Shown here piece by piece: positions 52,715-63,097 of a stretch of DNA of 64,000 nt. How positions within the stretch are numbered: position 1 is the first letter of the stretch; each line of letters opens with the position of its first letter. The DNA is from an uncultured Armatimonadia bacterium (lineage in GTDB: Bacteria > Armatimonadota > Zipacnadia > CAVVLO01). The translations under genes and the position numbers were made by a program. The notes under the pieces are model-generated. The model saw nothing but the letters and a program-made list of their open reading frames with translations. It had not been told where the DNA came from and did not search any database. The DNA is taken from assembly GCA_963749155.1 (NCBI GenBank), contig CAVVLO010000002.1, positions 32,001 to 96,000 of the forward strand, in the 5' to 3' direction.

Positions 52715-53472
52715 CAGAACGTCCTGTGACCTTTACCGTTAACGGAGAACAGCTTGTGGGGATGCTGCATATACCTGAGCACCTGCCAGCCCCTGGTGTG
52801 GTCCTGTTCCACGGTTTCACAGGTCATAAAGGTGAATCTCATCGGCTTTTCGTGACCTGTGCGCGAGCGCTTGCAGAGGCAGGACTTGTAGCTTTGCGCT
52901 TCGATTTTCGAGGCTCGGGTGATAGCGCGGGCGAGTTTGAAGAGATGACCGTGACCCGCGAGGTAGAAGACGCCCAGGCTGCGGTAACCTTCCTGGCAGA
53001 GCAGCAAGGCGTCTTTCCCCACAAGCTTGGGATACTTGGGCTGAGTCTAGGCGGGGCAGTCGCAGCGCTTGTCGCTGGATTGCGCCCAAGTCTGCGCGCG
53101 ACTGTACTCTGGGCAGCTGTGGCAGACCCGGGCGAACGACTTGCCAGGATAGCAATCCAGCCCAGGACAACAGCCGAGGGCTTTTACGACCTGGGCGGCA
53201 ACCTGGTAAGCCCGGAGTTCCTTGCCGACTTGCCCAGTCATAAACCGCTCGAGGCCATCGCCGGTTACCCAGGCGCGCTGCTTGTAGTTCACGGCACCAA
53301 CGACGAATCAGTGCTCTTTTCTGATAGTGAAGATTTCGTTGCTGCGCATGCCCAGGGGGTCACGGAGCATCTGGCTATCCAGGATTCGGACCATGTGTTC
53401 TCCTCCGAGCCCTGGACCCAGGAAGCAGTGACGGCTTCGGTTGCCTTCCTCACCCGGTATCTGAACGCCTAG
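52711..53472 (+). CDS. Alpha/beta hydrolase (serine hydrolase)
   Basis: HGFTG, RFDFRGSGDS, GLSLGG nucleophile, HGTND, DHVF. Confidence 0.9.
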   Translation: MTERPVTFTVNGEQLVGMLHIPEHLPAPGVVLFHGFTGHKGESHRLFVTCARALAEAGLVALRFDFRGSGDSAGEFEEMTVTREVEDAQAAVTFLAEQQGVFPHKLGILGLSLGGAVAALVAGLRPSLRATVLWAAVADPGERLARIAIQPRTTAEGFYDLGGNLVSPEFLADLPSHKPLEAIAGYPGALLVVHGTNDESVLFSDSEDFVAAHAQGVTEHLAIQDSDHVFSSEPWTQEAVTASVAFLTRYLNA

Positions 53473-53494
53473 CTCTGGATAGCTTGCAAAACAG

Positions 53495-53523
53495 AAAGGG
53501 GAGCCTGAACAGGCTCCCCTTTT
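53495..53523. terminator. Bidirectional intrinsic terminator
   Basis: AAAGGGGAGCCTG-aa-CAGGCTCCCCTTTT between convergent genes. Confidence 0.85.
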
Positions 53524-53544
53524 CATTGCTCACAAGTTTTCAGA

Positions 53545-56500
53545 CTACTCAAGCTCTGGTTCGATGCCACCATCTATCAAGCCATCCGAGATAGCCACCT
53601 GGACTTTCTCCTCAAGCTTGGTCTCGTTACCTGCGCCATCAATTGCAAAAAGCTTGATGGTGTGTTCGCCAGAGACGAGATCCGGCAGCACCAATTCGAA
53701 GAGCCTGACTTTCTGCGAGTATGAGCCTTCCGCTGCCGAGACAGCAAAACGCTCCTGGTCATCCACCTGATACTCAAGTGCTACGATGCCACTTCCTTCA
53801 TCGCGGGCAAAACCTGCCAGGGTAACTGCGCCAAAGTCATCAACTGAAGGACTGCCTCGCTTCAGAAGCAATTCCGGCAGTGTGGTGTCGATGAGTACTG
53901 GGCCAACGATTAGCGTACCTTCCCGAGCCTGGTCAGCCCGAGAACGGACATCCGAAGCCACGAACTTGACGAAGTATTCGCCTGCTTCGAGACCGGCGAC
54001 ATCCCATTCTACGTTATCAGCAGTGATGTTCTCTTTGATTACTCGCCAGTCAGTCCCATCGGTTTTACGGTAATACACGGTGGTCAGGAGAGGATCTCCA
54101 TCGGGATCTTCAGGCTTCAACTTGATGGTAAGTTTGTGACCAATCTGATCACCAGTCGCAAGCCCCTCAATCTTGACTACAGGTTGCTTGTTGGGCGTGC
54201 TGAGCAGGAGCTTAAGATACGCCAGCTCGGGCGCGCCTTGATCACCAGCCTTCAGACTGATGCGGTATTTGATGTAGCGGCCTGCTGGGCTGTTGACGGG
54301 TGAACCCTGGGCCTCGCCACTGAGTCCGCTCCAGGGGCTCCAGCTTCCATCAGCGCGAGGGCTGTTGCCAGTGCGAGTCTCAACAGTTACATTGCCATCA
54401 ATATTGTAACCACCCCAGAAGGCTTCGCCCCAGGTCACGGCAGCTTCCGCATCTTTTACGTTCGAGACGAAGGTGCCTTCGGTTGCAGAGGTTGGCTCAA
54501 TCTCAAGCGCAGCGGCATTGTTGGCTACACCGATATACGCAGCGCCATTGGCGCCTGTCGCGCCTCTGGTGCAAACCAGGTCATCCTTGCGGTAGACCAA
54601 AGTCCAGCGCCCATCCGCTTCAGCCTTGATGATGCGCCCCATTGTTGGCCCCGCAATATAACAGCCCCCTTCGGTAGCGACCAGGGCGGTCACCGGATCG
54701 GCGTTCTCATTGGCGTAAAACTCGGACAGGGCGCCTGTTGAGCTGATCTCATAGACTTTGCCACTTGGGAAGCTGGCAGCGTAGAGGCCCCCTTCAGGGC
54801 TTGCGGCCAGAGCCGGAGTCTCACTGCCATCCAGAGAGGCCAGCACCGAATCCAGTCCAGTAGTCGGATTGAACTGCATAACCAGCGCATGAGGCGCAGT
54901 GCCCAGATACAGCAGGTCATCTGTGCCCTTAACCAGGCTGAGCAGATGGCTCTCATCAGTGTCCAGCACAAGCTCGGACTTGCCATCCGGCGCGCAGTGG
55001 AAGAGTTGGCCTTCTGGCCCTGTTGCAGCCCAGCTTCCTCCCTGACCATCCGGAAGCAGAGCCCAGATATACTGAGCTTTCGGCAAGGTAGTCATCGGCT
55101 TGACCTGACCTGAGGCCACTTCAAGGGTCACAAGCTTGCCACCAGGAGCAAGTCCCGCACACAGAGTGCCCGGGGTGAGTTCACAAAGGGCAGTAATAGC
55201 ACTGGCGCCAGTTGCGGCGATCTCTTTCACATCTCCGCCATTAGCGGCGAACAGCAGCTTGCCTCCATTGCCAGTGCCAAGATAAAGCCCTTCAGTTGTC
55301 GAGAGCATACTCCAGGCGTAGTGTTCAGTTTCTAGCTGGCATACCTCGGCTACTTTGGGCACAAGCGCCAGATGGCCTTCACTGGTAACTCCAACCCCAT
55401 CGAAGAGGCCATCTTCGAAGTCAGTCAGAGCGACCTCTATAAAGTAAGTTGCTGGCGAAATAGGCGCAGTCTTGCCAACTGGTTCTTCGTCTCCCTTGGC
55501 GTCTTCTTCCAGGTCACCTTCATCCGGTGGCACAGGCACACCTGGAGGAGGCAGCTCGCCGTTATAACGCAGTGCCCCTGAGGTTAGCCGGTGACTGGTG
55601 CGAGGCTCCAGTTGGCCAAGCAAGTTGGTAGCCCGATAAGCGCGAGGCAAAAGGCCAGGCGCAAGTTCGGCACTCGCCAGCAACATTTTGCCGGTTGGAG
55701 TACTCGCCAGCTCGGCTGTGAAATCTCCAGGCATTGGGGGCAGAGGCATGGCTTCCTCGCCCTCTGGCAGTGGGGGCGCGGTTGGGGGGTGCGCTGTGGT
55801 TCTGCTACCAACTTCGGAGCTGACCACATCAAGCGTGATGGTCATCATCCCGCCCAGCATCCAGGGCATCTGGGTGCGCTGTTCGATAAGATCCGGACCG
55901 GCCATTATCTCGGTGGTGTTGCTCTGGGCCAGGATCGCCAGCATCGATTCTGGCATCCTGGGGAAGGTCGTCGGACCAACCATCACTTGCAGGCTGGGCA
56001 TCGAAGCCACCACAGTGAGTTCATCAGCCCGAGGAGGCTTGATGAAGTACTCCTCGAGCAGGTCGTCGAGGTCATAAGGCCAGATAGGAGGTGCGCCTAC
56101 CTGCCTTTTAAGAACACTCCAGTCAGCCCCGCCACCTACGGCGATGCGCAGAGTGCCATCGGGACATTCCGGCGGCACGGTAAAGTTGACCGTCTTGTTT
56201 TCGGGTTTACCATTATATGGCGTAATCGTGACCACAAGGGGCACGGTCTCGCCTGGCTTGGCCTGGGTGCGAGGGCAGTAGAGGTCCGCAAGCGAGGCCA
56301 CGAGTTCCTTGCCGGATGACTTGACAGATACCGCAACAGACTCCAGCTCCGGCTTTTCAAACGGATTACTCTGCAGCAGATAGAGCAGGTTGTCCATCTC
56401 CATCATCAAAGCATAAGCAGGCCAGGACGAGTCATACATCATATTGGACCGCTTGAGCAGTCCATGCCCCTTTACCTCAGCCTCAACGCTCAGTTCCAGT

Positions 56501-57639
56501 GTAGCCGGTGAGGTGTCAGGTACCATACTGCCGACAAGCGTCATTGCGGCGCTCTCTGCCAGGGAGGCGGTGTATTGGGGATGCGAAGCCAGTGTCACCT
56601 GGAAATCCTGAGCCAGATTACGGTCTTGATCCTCGATGTGCAGCTTCATCGGGACGGTGGGAGCTTTACCTCCAAGCGTACCGCCGATAGACCAGGGCCT
56701 GTCCTGCTCGACAGCGCCCAACACCTTCATCCCAACCCCAAACTTGTTGGAGCGAGCGATGCTGGAGTTTATGCCCATCACGTAGACATTGCACATTGGC
56801 AGATTGACGACACCGAAGCCATCCATAGGATGGCCAAAGGCGATAACCTTGTCGCCGTCCACCCAGGTAACGGTGCCAAAGCCTACCGCCGAGACGTCGC
56901 CTTCCATCATCATTATTCCGACGGCCGAGCCTGGCACAAGCTTTGTGTTGTTTGCCTCGGAGGGATAGCCACTGGAGCCACCACCCTGGACAATCTCGAT
57001 GCCGCTGCCCCTGAAGGCCGCCTGCATAAGCTGCATGCCGCGCGGCGACATGCCACTTACCGCAACTGGCATCGAAAGGGGCTGCATCGAGAGCGTAGTG
57101 TCGTTGTAGAAGCCTCCACCTGGCTCTTCTCCAAACTTTGCCAGCCTGGCGCTTGTCACCATATGGCCCTGAACAAAGGCCGGAGCGGCAGCCATGTTGG
57201 ACGACTTGTGACCCAGCGTGGGGGCAGAAGCCTCGAGCATTGGTCTGATGGGAGTAACCCCGCAAATTGGATCTTTGGGGTACGACCAGCCATAGGCTAT
57301 CGCGCCGATTATTTTGCCATCAATATAGACTGGGCTACCGCTCATCCCGCCGATGATGTTGTAGCCCTTTTCAACCGACGGCCCATCAAGCATCCGTATC
57401 AGGATCATATCTTGTCCTGATATGTCAGTTGGCAGGATGCCCATTATTTCGATATTGAACTCGGTGATATCTACGCCTTGATAGACGGTCCGGCAGATAC
57501 CTTTCATGCCTATCTGCAAATCGGAGACATCCATCATTTTGGCAGGATCGAAGGCGATCTGGCCTTCGACGTGATTAGCCTGGGCCGCCAGTCCCAGCAC
57601 TCCTACAACTAACAGCAACAGCAAGGCTACTGGCTTCAT
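53545..57639 (-). CDS. Secreted SpoIVB-type peptidase S55 fused to beta-propeller and Ig/Fn3-like domains
   Basis: Signal peptide; GMKG..RTV.QG, IIGGMSGSPVY.DGK.IGA, AFGHP; repeated LY.GT propeller blades; ETRTGN, DGAGN. Confidence 0.85.
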   Translation of the reverse strand: MKPVALLLLLVVGVLGLAAQANHVEGQIAFDPAKMMDVSDLQIGMKGICRTVYQGVDITEFNIEIMGILPTDISGQDMILIRMLDGPSVEKGYNIIGGMSGSPVYIDGKIIGAIAYGWSYPKDPICGVTPIRPMLEASAPTLGHKSSNMAAAPAFVQGHMVTSARLAKFGEEPGGGFYNDTTLSMQPLSMPVAVSGMSPRGMQLMQAAFRGSGIEIVQGGGSSGYPSEANNTKLVPGSAVGIMMMEGDVSAVGFGTVTWVDGDKVIAFGHPMDGFGVVNLPMCNVYVMGINSSIARSNKFGVGMKVLGAVEQDRPWSIGGTLGGKAPTVPMKLHIEDQDRNLAQDFQVTLASHPQYTASLAESAAMTLVGSMVPDTSPATLELSVEAEVKGHGLLKRSNMMYDSSWPAYALMMEMDNLLYLLQSNPFEKPELESVAVSVKSSGKELVASLADLYCPRTQAKPGETVPLVVTITPYNGKPENKTVNFTVPPECPDGTLRIAVGGGADWSVLKRQVGAPPIWPYDLDDLLEEYFIKPPRADELTVVASMPSLQVMVGPTTFPRMPESMLAILAQSNTTEIMAGPDLIEQRTQMPWMLGGMMTITLDVVSSEVGSRTTAHPPTAPPLPEGEEAMPLPPMPGDFTAELASTPTGKMLLASAELAPGLLPRAYRATNLLGQLEPRTSHRLTSGALRYNGELPPPGVPVPPDEGDLEEDAKGDEEPVGKTAPISPATYFIEVALTDFEDGLFDGVGVTSEGHLALVPKVAEVCQLETEHYAWSMLSTTEGLYLGTGNGGKLLFAANGGDVKEIAATGASAITALCELTPGTLCAGLAPGGKLVTLEVASGQVKPMTTLPKAQYIWALLPDGQGGSWAATGPEGQLFHCAPDGKSELVLDTDESHLLSLVKGTDDLLYLGTAPHALVMQFNPTTGLDSVLASLDGSETPALAASPEGGLYAASFPSGKVYEISSTGALSEFYANENADPVTALVATEGGCYIAGPTMGRIIKAEADGRWTLVYRKDDLVCTRGATGANGAAYIGVANNAAALEIEPTSATEGTFVSNVKDAEAAVTWGEAFWGGYNIDGNVTVETRTGNSPRADGSWSPWSGLSGEAQGSPVNSPAGRYIKYRISLKAGDQGAPELAYLKLLLSTPNKQPVVKIEGLATGDQIGHKLTIKLKPEDPDGDPLLTTVYYRKTDGTDWRVIKENITADNVEWDVAGLEAGEYFVKFVASDVRSRADQAREGTLIVGPVLIDTTLPELLLKRGSPSVDDFGAVTLAGFARDEGSGIVALEYQVDDQERFAVSAAEGSYSQKVRLFELVLPDLVSGEHTIKLFAIDGAGNETKLEEKVQVAISDGLIDGGIEPELE

Positions 57640-57675
57640 GATATGCACCTTACTCAAAGAGAACACCTCCGAGGG

Positions 57676-58977
57676 CTAGGAGCTCAGCAGTCTGCTGAGG
57701 CTCTCACGTACCTTGGCACGAATTTCATCCAGATCGAGAGTGACTAGCTGACGGTTTTGAACCAGGGCACATCCCGCCACAAACACGTCCCTGACATCCG
57801 AATCAATCGCACTATAAACCAGGTGAGATACAACGTTGTGAACCGGAAAAAGATGCGGCCCTTCAAGTCCAACCACAATCAGGTCGGCTTGCTTGCCTGG
57901 CTCCAGAGAACCAATCAAAGCCTCGAGGCCAAGAGCTCGCGCGCCTCCAAGCGTAGCGAGTTTCAAGGCTTCATAAGCTGGCAACGCTTCAGGGCGCCGA
58001 TTGATTCCCTTTGCAAGAAGCGCTGCGAGCCGAGTTTCTTCCAGCATGCTCAGATTGTTGTTTGAGGCCGCCCCGTCAGTACCAAGGCCAACTCTCACTC
58101 CAGCTCCCAAATGGGCTTCTATTGGAGGTACGCCGGAGCCCAGCTTAAGGTTGCTCCCGATATTCAAACTCACACCAGTTTGCTTCGCCGCAAGGGTAGC
58201 CATATCCTGCTCGTCCACCCAAACAGCATGAGCGGCCAGCACAGGCTGATCCAGCAAGCCCAGAGAAGCAATATGCTGGACAGGAGATTCGCCATAAAGG
58301 TCAAGTGAACGCCGGCGATGAGCCTCGGTCTCGGAGAGATGGATGTGCATTGGCACGCCAAGTTCGCGCGCTGCCTCGCCAACCTCCAGCAGCAATTCGT
58401 CGGGGCAGGTATAGAGGGCATGCGGCCCAAAGAAGGGATGGACACGCCCCTCGCCTGCTCCTTTCCAGTCAGCGACGAAGCGTTTGGCATCAGAGAGCAT
58501 CTGATTCGCCCAGGGCACGATTCCGAGGAGCACTCCCGAAGGGCAACCGCGGATCCCGCTTTCTACGATGGCATGCGCCGTCGCTTCAAAAAAATGATAC
58601 ATATCGTTGAAGCAGGTCGTGCCGCCAAGCAGCATCTCGGCGATGCCCAGGAGCGAGCTCCAATATACGTCGTCAGCTTCCAGGTGGCTTTCAAAAGGCC
58701 AAATCTTCTGCTCGAGCCATTCCTGCACAGGCATATCGTCCGCATAGCCGCGCATCAGGGTCATAGCGACATGGGTGTGGGCGTTTACGAAGCCAGGCAT
58801 CACCACGCAGCCGGATGCGTCCAGCACCTCGAAGCCTTCCAGCCCGGAAGATGGAGGATTGCCTTCGCCCACCTGGGTGATTTGGCCCTCTTCCACAAGT
58901 ACGAAGCCCGGCGCCAGGATTCGGTCGCCGGGGTCCATCGTAATTACACTACCCCCCGTAAGGGCTAGTCTACCCAA
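57676..58977 (-). CDS. mtaD: 5'-methylthioadenosine/S-adenosylhomocysteine deaminase
   Basis: PGFVNAHTH, DMY, PHALYTC, HIHLSET, SNLKLGSG, GTDGAASNN; adjacent to mtnA and mtnP. Confidence 0.85.
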   Translation of the reverse strand: MGRLALTGGSVITMDPGDRILAPGFVLVEEGQITQVGEGNPPSSGLEGFEVLDASGCVVMPGFVNAHTHVAMTLMRGYADDMPVQEWLEQKIWPFESHLEADDVYWSSLLGIAEMLLGGTTCFNDMYHFFEATAHAIVESGIRGCPSGVLLGIVPWANQMLSDAKRFVADWKGAGEGRVHPFFGPHALYTCPDELLLEVGEAARELGVPMHIHLSETEAHRRRSLDLYGESPVQHIASLGLLDQPVLAAHAVWVDEQDMATLAAKQTGVSLNIGSNLKLGSGVPPIEAHLGAGVRVGLGTDGAASNNNLSMLEETRLAALLAKGINRRPEALPAYEALKLATLGGARALGLEALIGSLEPGKQADLIVVGLEGPHLFPVHNVVSHLVYSAIDSDVRDVFVAGCALVQNRQLVTLDLDEIRAKVRESLSRLLSS

Positions 58978-60032
58978 GGAAGCGTCTCCTCTTTGCTATC
59001 AGAGATCAGTCGCGCGATACTGGCATGAGAGGGCTTCAGTATCACACCATGCTCGGTAATAAGTCCGGCAATCAGCCGGGCCGGGGTTACGTCGAAGGCA
59101 GGATTGAAAACTCCAACCCCCTCGGGAGCTGTTTTTATCCCGCCCCAGTCGGTCACTTCTCGCGGGTCACGTTCTTCTATCGGTATTTCCGCGCCGGACT
59201 TTAGGGTAAGGTCGAAGGTCGTAAGAGGAGCTGCCACATAAAAGGGCACCCCGTGAGCTTTGGCAACCAGAGCAAGCTGATAGGTGCCTATCTTGTTGGC
59301 CACATCACCATTGGCAGCGATGCGGTCGGCGCCCACGATGACAGCGTCTACCCCTCGCGTGGCCATCACCCAGGCTGCCATATTGTCACAAAGCAGCGTG
59401 CAGGGCAGCCCGTCCTCGAGCAGTTCCCAGGCAGTGAGCCTTGCGCCCTGAAGCACAGGGCGAGTCTCGTCCGCATAAACATGAGCCAGCTTGCCAGCTT
59501 CGGCCAGAGCGCGCACTACTCCAAGCGCGGTACCATACCCGCAAGTAGCGAGCGCGCCAGCGTTGCAGTGCGTGAGTATTGTCACTGGCCCAGGAAACAT
59601 TTCCGCGCCGTATTTGCCGATCTGCTTGTTGGCCGCAACGTCCTCTTCAAGCAACAAGACTGCTCGGGCCTCAAGACGCAGCAGATTCTCTTCCAGGGGG
59701 GCTTCGGGAGCTATTTCGGCAAGCAAGGTATCCAGAGCCCAGACCAGATTAACTGCCGTTGGTCTGGTAGCAGCAAGCAGAGTTTTGGCTCTATTAAGAG
59801 TGACCAGGAGTTCGACTGTAGTTGAAGGCTTGGCCTGTTTGGCGGCTAACACCAGACCAAAAGCAGCAGCAGCGCCAATTGCCGGCGCGCCACGCACCAT
59901 CAAAGTGCGGATAGCGTCAGCTACCTCATCTACCGTGGTGATTTCGACCAATACAGAACGCAGGGGAAGCTGGCGCTGGTCAAGTAGTCTGACCACCTGG
60001 CCATCATACTCAATTGTCGGCGGAAGAGGCAC
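58965..60032 (-). CDS. mtnA: S-methyl-5-thioribose-1-phosphate isomerase
   Basis: LLDQR.LP, VRGAPAIG, RPTAVNL, THCNAGALAT, DETRP.LQGARLT, ANKIGTY. Confidence 0.96.
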   Translation of the reverse strand: MPLPPTIEYDGQVVRLLDQRQLPLRSVLVEITTVDEVADAIRTLMVRGAPAIGAAAAFGLVLAAKQAKPSTTVELLVTLNRAKTLLAATRPTAVNLVWALDTLLAEIAPEAPLEENLLRLEARAVLLLEEDVAANKQIGKYGAEMFPGPVTILTHCNAGALATCGYGTALGVVRALAEAGKLAHVYADETRPVLQGARLTAWELLEDGLPCTLLCDNMAAWVMATRGVDAVIVGADRIAANGDVANKIGTYQLALVAKAHGVPFYVAAPLTTFDLTLKSGAEIPIEERDPREVTDWGGIKTAPEGVGVFNPAFDVTPARLIAGLITEHGVILKPSHASIARLISDSKEETLPWVD

Positions 60033-60057
60033 TCTGACTCACCTCGCTAGAGCCTGA

Positions 60058-60834
60058 CTATCTGTATTCGAAGAGGGCATACTGGCACTCGCAGACCAGT
60101 TCTTCTTCGGCCAGCAGTGCAGCCCTGATTACCGAAGAAAGCGCCTCGCGCTGCTCGGAAAGCACCTGGTCTATGGAAGCATGACTCAGCACCTCGCCAG
60201 GCCGGCGCCCAGCAGCCAGGTTGGTTACCAACCCAACTGCAGCGTAGCAGAACTCCAGTTCGCGCGCCATTACTACCTCGGGCACCTGGGTCATCCCCAC
60301 CACATCAGCTCCCAGCCTGCGCAGCATCTGGATTTCGGCTGCGGTCTCGAACCGGGGGCCTTCCATACAGGCGTATATGGCATCTCGCTTCAGGCTGACA
60401 CCGACTTCGGAGGCTTCCCTGGCCACCAGTGAAGAGAGCCGGTGGCAATAAGGATTGGTCAAGTCTATATGGATTGGCCGACTGGTCTGATCAAGTACTG
60501 AGAGGGGCCGCTGTTTGGTGAAATCCAGGAACTGGGTCAACATCATCATATCGCCCACTTCGTAAAGCTCGCTGATAGCCCCCACCGCCGCTGTAGCGAT
60601 TACACGGGTCACTCCCAGTTGCTTCAGAGCCATCATATTGGCGCGATAGTTGACCAGATGGGGTGCTACAGTGTGGTCGGCCATATGTCTGGAGAGCAGA
60701 TAAACGGTGCGATCACCAAGTTGCAGCTCGTTGAGAGCTACCTCGCCGAAGGGGGTCTCCACCGATAAGGGGCTTGTTTCGCCGAGAATATCAGGCTTGC
60801 CGAATCCAGTTCCACCGATAACTGCAAGCTTCAT
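60058..60834 (-). CDS. mtnP: MTA/MTI phosphorylase (MTAP family)
   Basis: IGGTG, TPFG, RH..H..PH.VNYRAN, EGPRFET.AE, VGMT..PE, VTNLAAG. Confidence 0.88.
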   Translation of the reverse strand: MKLAVIGGTGFGKPDILGETSPLSVETPFGEVALNELQLGDRTVYLLSRHMADHTVAPHLVNYRANMMALKQLGVTRVIATAAVGAISELYEVGDMMMLTQFLDFTKQRPLSVLDQTSRPIHIDLTNPYCHRLSSLVAREASEVGVSLKRDAIYACMEGPRFETAAEIQMLRRLGADVVGMTQVPEVVMARELEFCYAAVGLVTNLAAGRRPGEVLSHASIDQVLSEQREALSSVIRAALLAEEELVCECQYALFEYR

Positions 60835-60870
60835 TAACTGCTCCTCCTTGCTTCTCGGCGGTAGCCGCCT

Positions 60871-60899
60871 TTGACTTGCATGGGATGGCTGCTTAGAAT
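60871..60899 (+). promoter_or_regulatory. sigma70-type promoter
   Basis: TTGACT 60871-76, 17 bp, TAGAAT 60894-99. Confidence 0.65.
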
Positions 60900-60959
60900 C
60901 GGGTTGTGCGCAGAAGCCAGATTAGAATGACTTTAGGATACTAAGCGGGAGTGAACACC

Positions 60960-62070
60960 GTGTTCAAGCAAAGTATGGTTCGTCAGCGCCTATAGTGACT
61001 CCTCGGCAAGCAACCTTCCCACAAAGCTTAGGCGGCTTTGGAAAGCGACAGGTTTCGCCGAGATGCTTTCTCCTGGTCAGTTGATAGCGATCAAGATGCA
61101 CTTCGGCGAAGAAGGCAATACTACTTACCTCAGGCCCGAGTTCGCGGCGCTCTATGCAGACGCAGTAAAGGAAACCGGTGCCAAGCCCTTCGTTACCGAC
61201 TCCCAGACGCTTTATCGCGGCCAGCGTTCCAATGCGGTAGATCACTTCAACCTCGCCACCAGGCATGGCTTCTCTTACGCGACTCTCGGTTGCCCGCTTA
61301 TCTTCGGAGACGGGTTGCTGGGGCGTGACAGCGTAGATGTGGAGATAGGCCAGAAGCACTTCCAGACCATCCGTATGGGCTCTGCTTACTACTATATGGA
61401 CGGCGCGGTGGTGTTGAGCCATGTAAAGGGTCACATACTGGCCGGTATAGGAGCCGCACTTAAAAATATCTCTATGGGGATGGCCTCGCGCGCCCAGAAG
61501 CAGGCCTTGCACAGCCAGCAACGTCCCACAGTAAACCGCGAAAAGTGTGTCGCCTGTGGCGCCTGCATCAAGTGGTGCCCGGAAGATGCCATTTCTCTTG
61601 TTGAGGGGAAAGCCTCCATCGATCATGAACTCTGCATCGGGTGCGGCGAATGCGTGTCGGTGTGCCGGTTCGACGCCGTGAACATCAACTTCCAGACCGA
61701 AGTCAAGCCAATGCTGGAGCGGATGGCAGAGTTCTGTTATGGTTATCACCAGCTCAAGGGAGACCGCACCCTGTACATCAACTTCCTGCTTGATATTACT
61801 CCGGATTGTGATTGCGCTGGCTGGAGCGATACGCCAATGGTGCCTGATATCGGAGTGTTGGCTTCTTTCGATCCAGTGGCGATAGATCGCGCTTCCGCCG
61901 ACCTGGTCAACGAGCAGCAGGGCCTGGCAGAGACTCGGTTGCACAGCAACCTGGAGCCCGGCGGAGACAAATTTGAAGGGCTGACTGGCTCGCCCTGGTA
62001 TTACCTGCTCGAATACGCCGAGCAGCTTGGGGTCGGCAGTCGCGAATACGAACTGGTAAAACTCGGCTAG
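60960..62070 (+). CDS. DUF362 Fe-S protein with a two-cluster ferredoxin domain (probable 1-nt insertion just after the GTG start)
   Basis: Frame open upstream of 61063 (SSKVWFVSA..); KMHFGE.GN, SHVKGH..AG.GAALKN..MG, two CxxCxxCxxxC motifs, PDCDC. Confidence 0.85.
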
Positions 62071-62082
62071 GCGGAGGGCGCT

Positions 62083-62949
62083 TTGCGCTGGCGGCTAATC
62101 GTAGATGGACCACTTCCGGGCGCTTACAATATGGCGCTGGATGAAGAGCTGGCCAGTACCGCCTCGAGGGAGGAAGTGGCGACGCTAAGGTTTTACCAGT
62201 GGCAGCGCCCGACTCTGTCCCTTGGTCGCCACGAACCTGCTGAAGAGCTGCCCCTGGCCGAGTGCGAAGCGGCAGGCCTGGATCTGGTGCGTCGCCCAAC
62301 AGGGGGACGTGCCGTATTGCACCATCAGGAACTGACTTACAGCTTCACTGCGCCTGCCTCTTTGCTGGGAGGGCCGAAACGGGTGCGGGAAGCGTTTACA
62401 CCTATTACTGAAGCTCTGGCACGAGGACTTGCTTTGCTTGGGATTACTGCTTCGGCCGGTGCTGATTCGCTCCGCCTGGGAGGGCATATGTGCTTCGGCC
62501 TGAAGGCAGGCTGCGACCTCGAAGTCGGCGGGCGTAAAATCGCAGGCAGCGCGCTCAGGCGTTATGAAGGCTCAGTGCTGCAACATGGCGCCCTCCCTCT
62601 GGAACTGGACCTTTCAAAGCAATACGTGGCTTTCGGGGAAAAGGGCGAAAACGAGCTGGAGTTCGCACGGCGATTGCTGGCCGCTGTCATACCTCTTTCA
62701 GAGTTGCTTGGACGCAAGGTCCAACCAGACGAATTGATAGAACCGCTGACCAGAGGTTTCGAAGAGAGCTTCGGTGCGGTATTTGAGATCGCACGAGCTT
62801 CTGATCTGGAAATCGCCCGAGCACAAGAGAACTTGGGCCAATTCGGCAAGGTAAGAAGGAAGTCTTTCTGCCAAGGGCGAATTACCTGTTTGACTAGCGG
62901 TAGCTGGCAGGGACGGGTTGCTGGTTGCCGAATCAGAAACAAGAGTTAG
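62083..62949 (+). CDS. Lipoate-protein ligase/octanoyltransferase family (LplA/LipM-like)
   Basis: NMALDE, LRFY.W..PTLSLG, VRRPTGGRAVLH..ELTYS, GRKIAGSA, LQHG. Confidence 0.88.
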   Translation: MRWRLIVDGPLPGAYNMALDEELASTASREEVATLRFYQWQRPTLSLGRHEPAEELPLAECEAAGLDLVRRPTGGRAVLHHQELTYSFTAPASLLGGPKRVREAFTPITEALARGLALLGITASAGADSLRLGGHMCFGLKAGCDLEVGGRKIAGSALRRYEGSVLQHGALPLELDLSKQYVAFGEKGENELEFARRLLAAVIPLSELLGRKVQPDELIEPLTRGFEESFGAVFEIARASDLEIARAQENLGQFGKVRRKSFCQGRITCLTSGSWQGRVAGCRIRNKS

Positions 62950-63009
62950 TCTGGCGTGTATTGTGCCCACCCAGCCGGTTCGTAAGGCCTTGGGATGTGG
63001 CGCGTTAAA

Positions 63010-63039
63010 TTGTGCGTGCCGGCGCATCTGTGCTATACT
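63010..63039 (+). promoter_or_regulatory. Promoter with extended -10
   Basis: TTGTGC 63010-15, 18 bp, TGc-TATACT 63034-39. Confidence 0.5.
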
Positions 63040-63097
63040 TTGCGCCTGCAATCACCGTGCCCCGTGCCTTGCCGGGGTTTGTTGGGAGTGAGTCCGG

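Noticed and set aside
60835..60960. SAM/SAH riboswitch upstream of mtnP
   Set aside because: The gap is short, occupied by the RBS and a divergent promoter, and shows no recognisable aptamer motif
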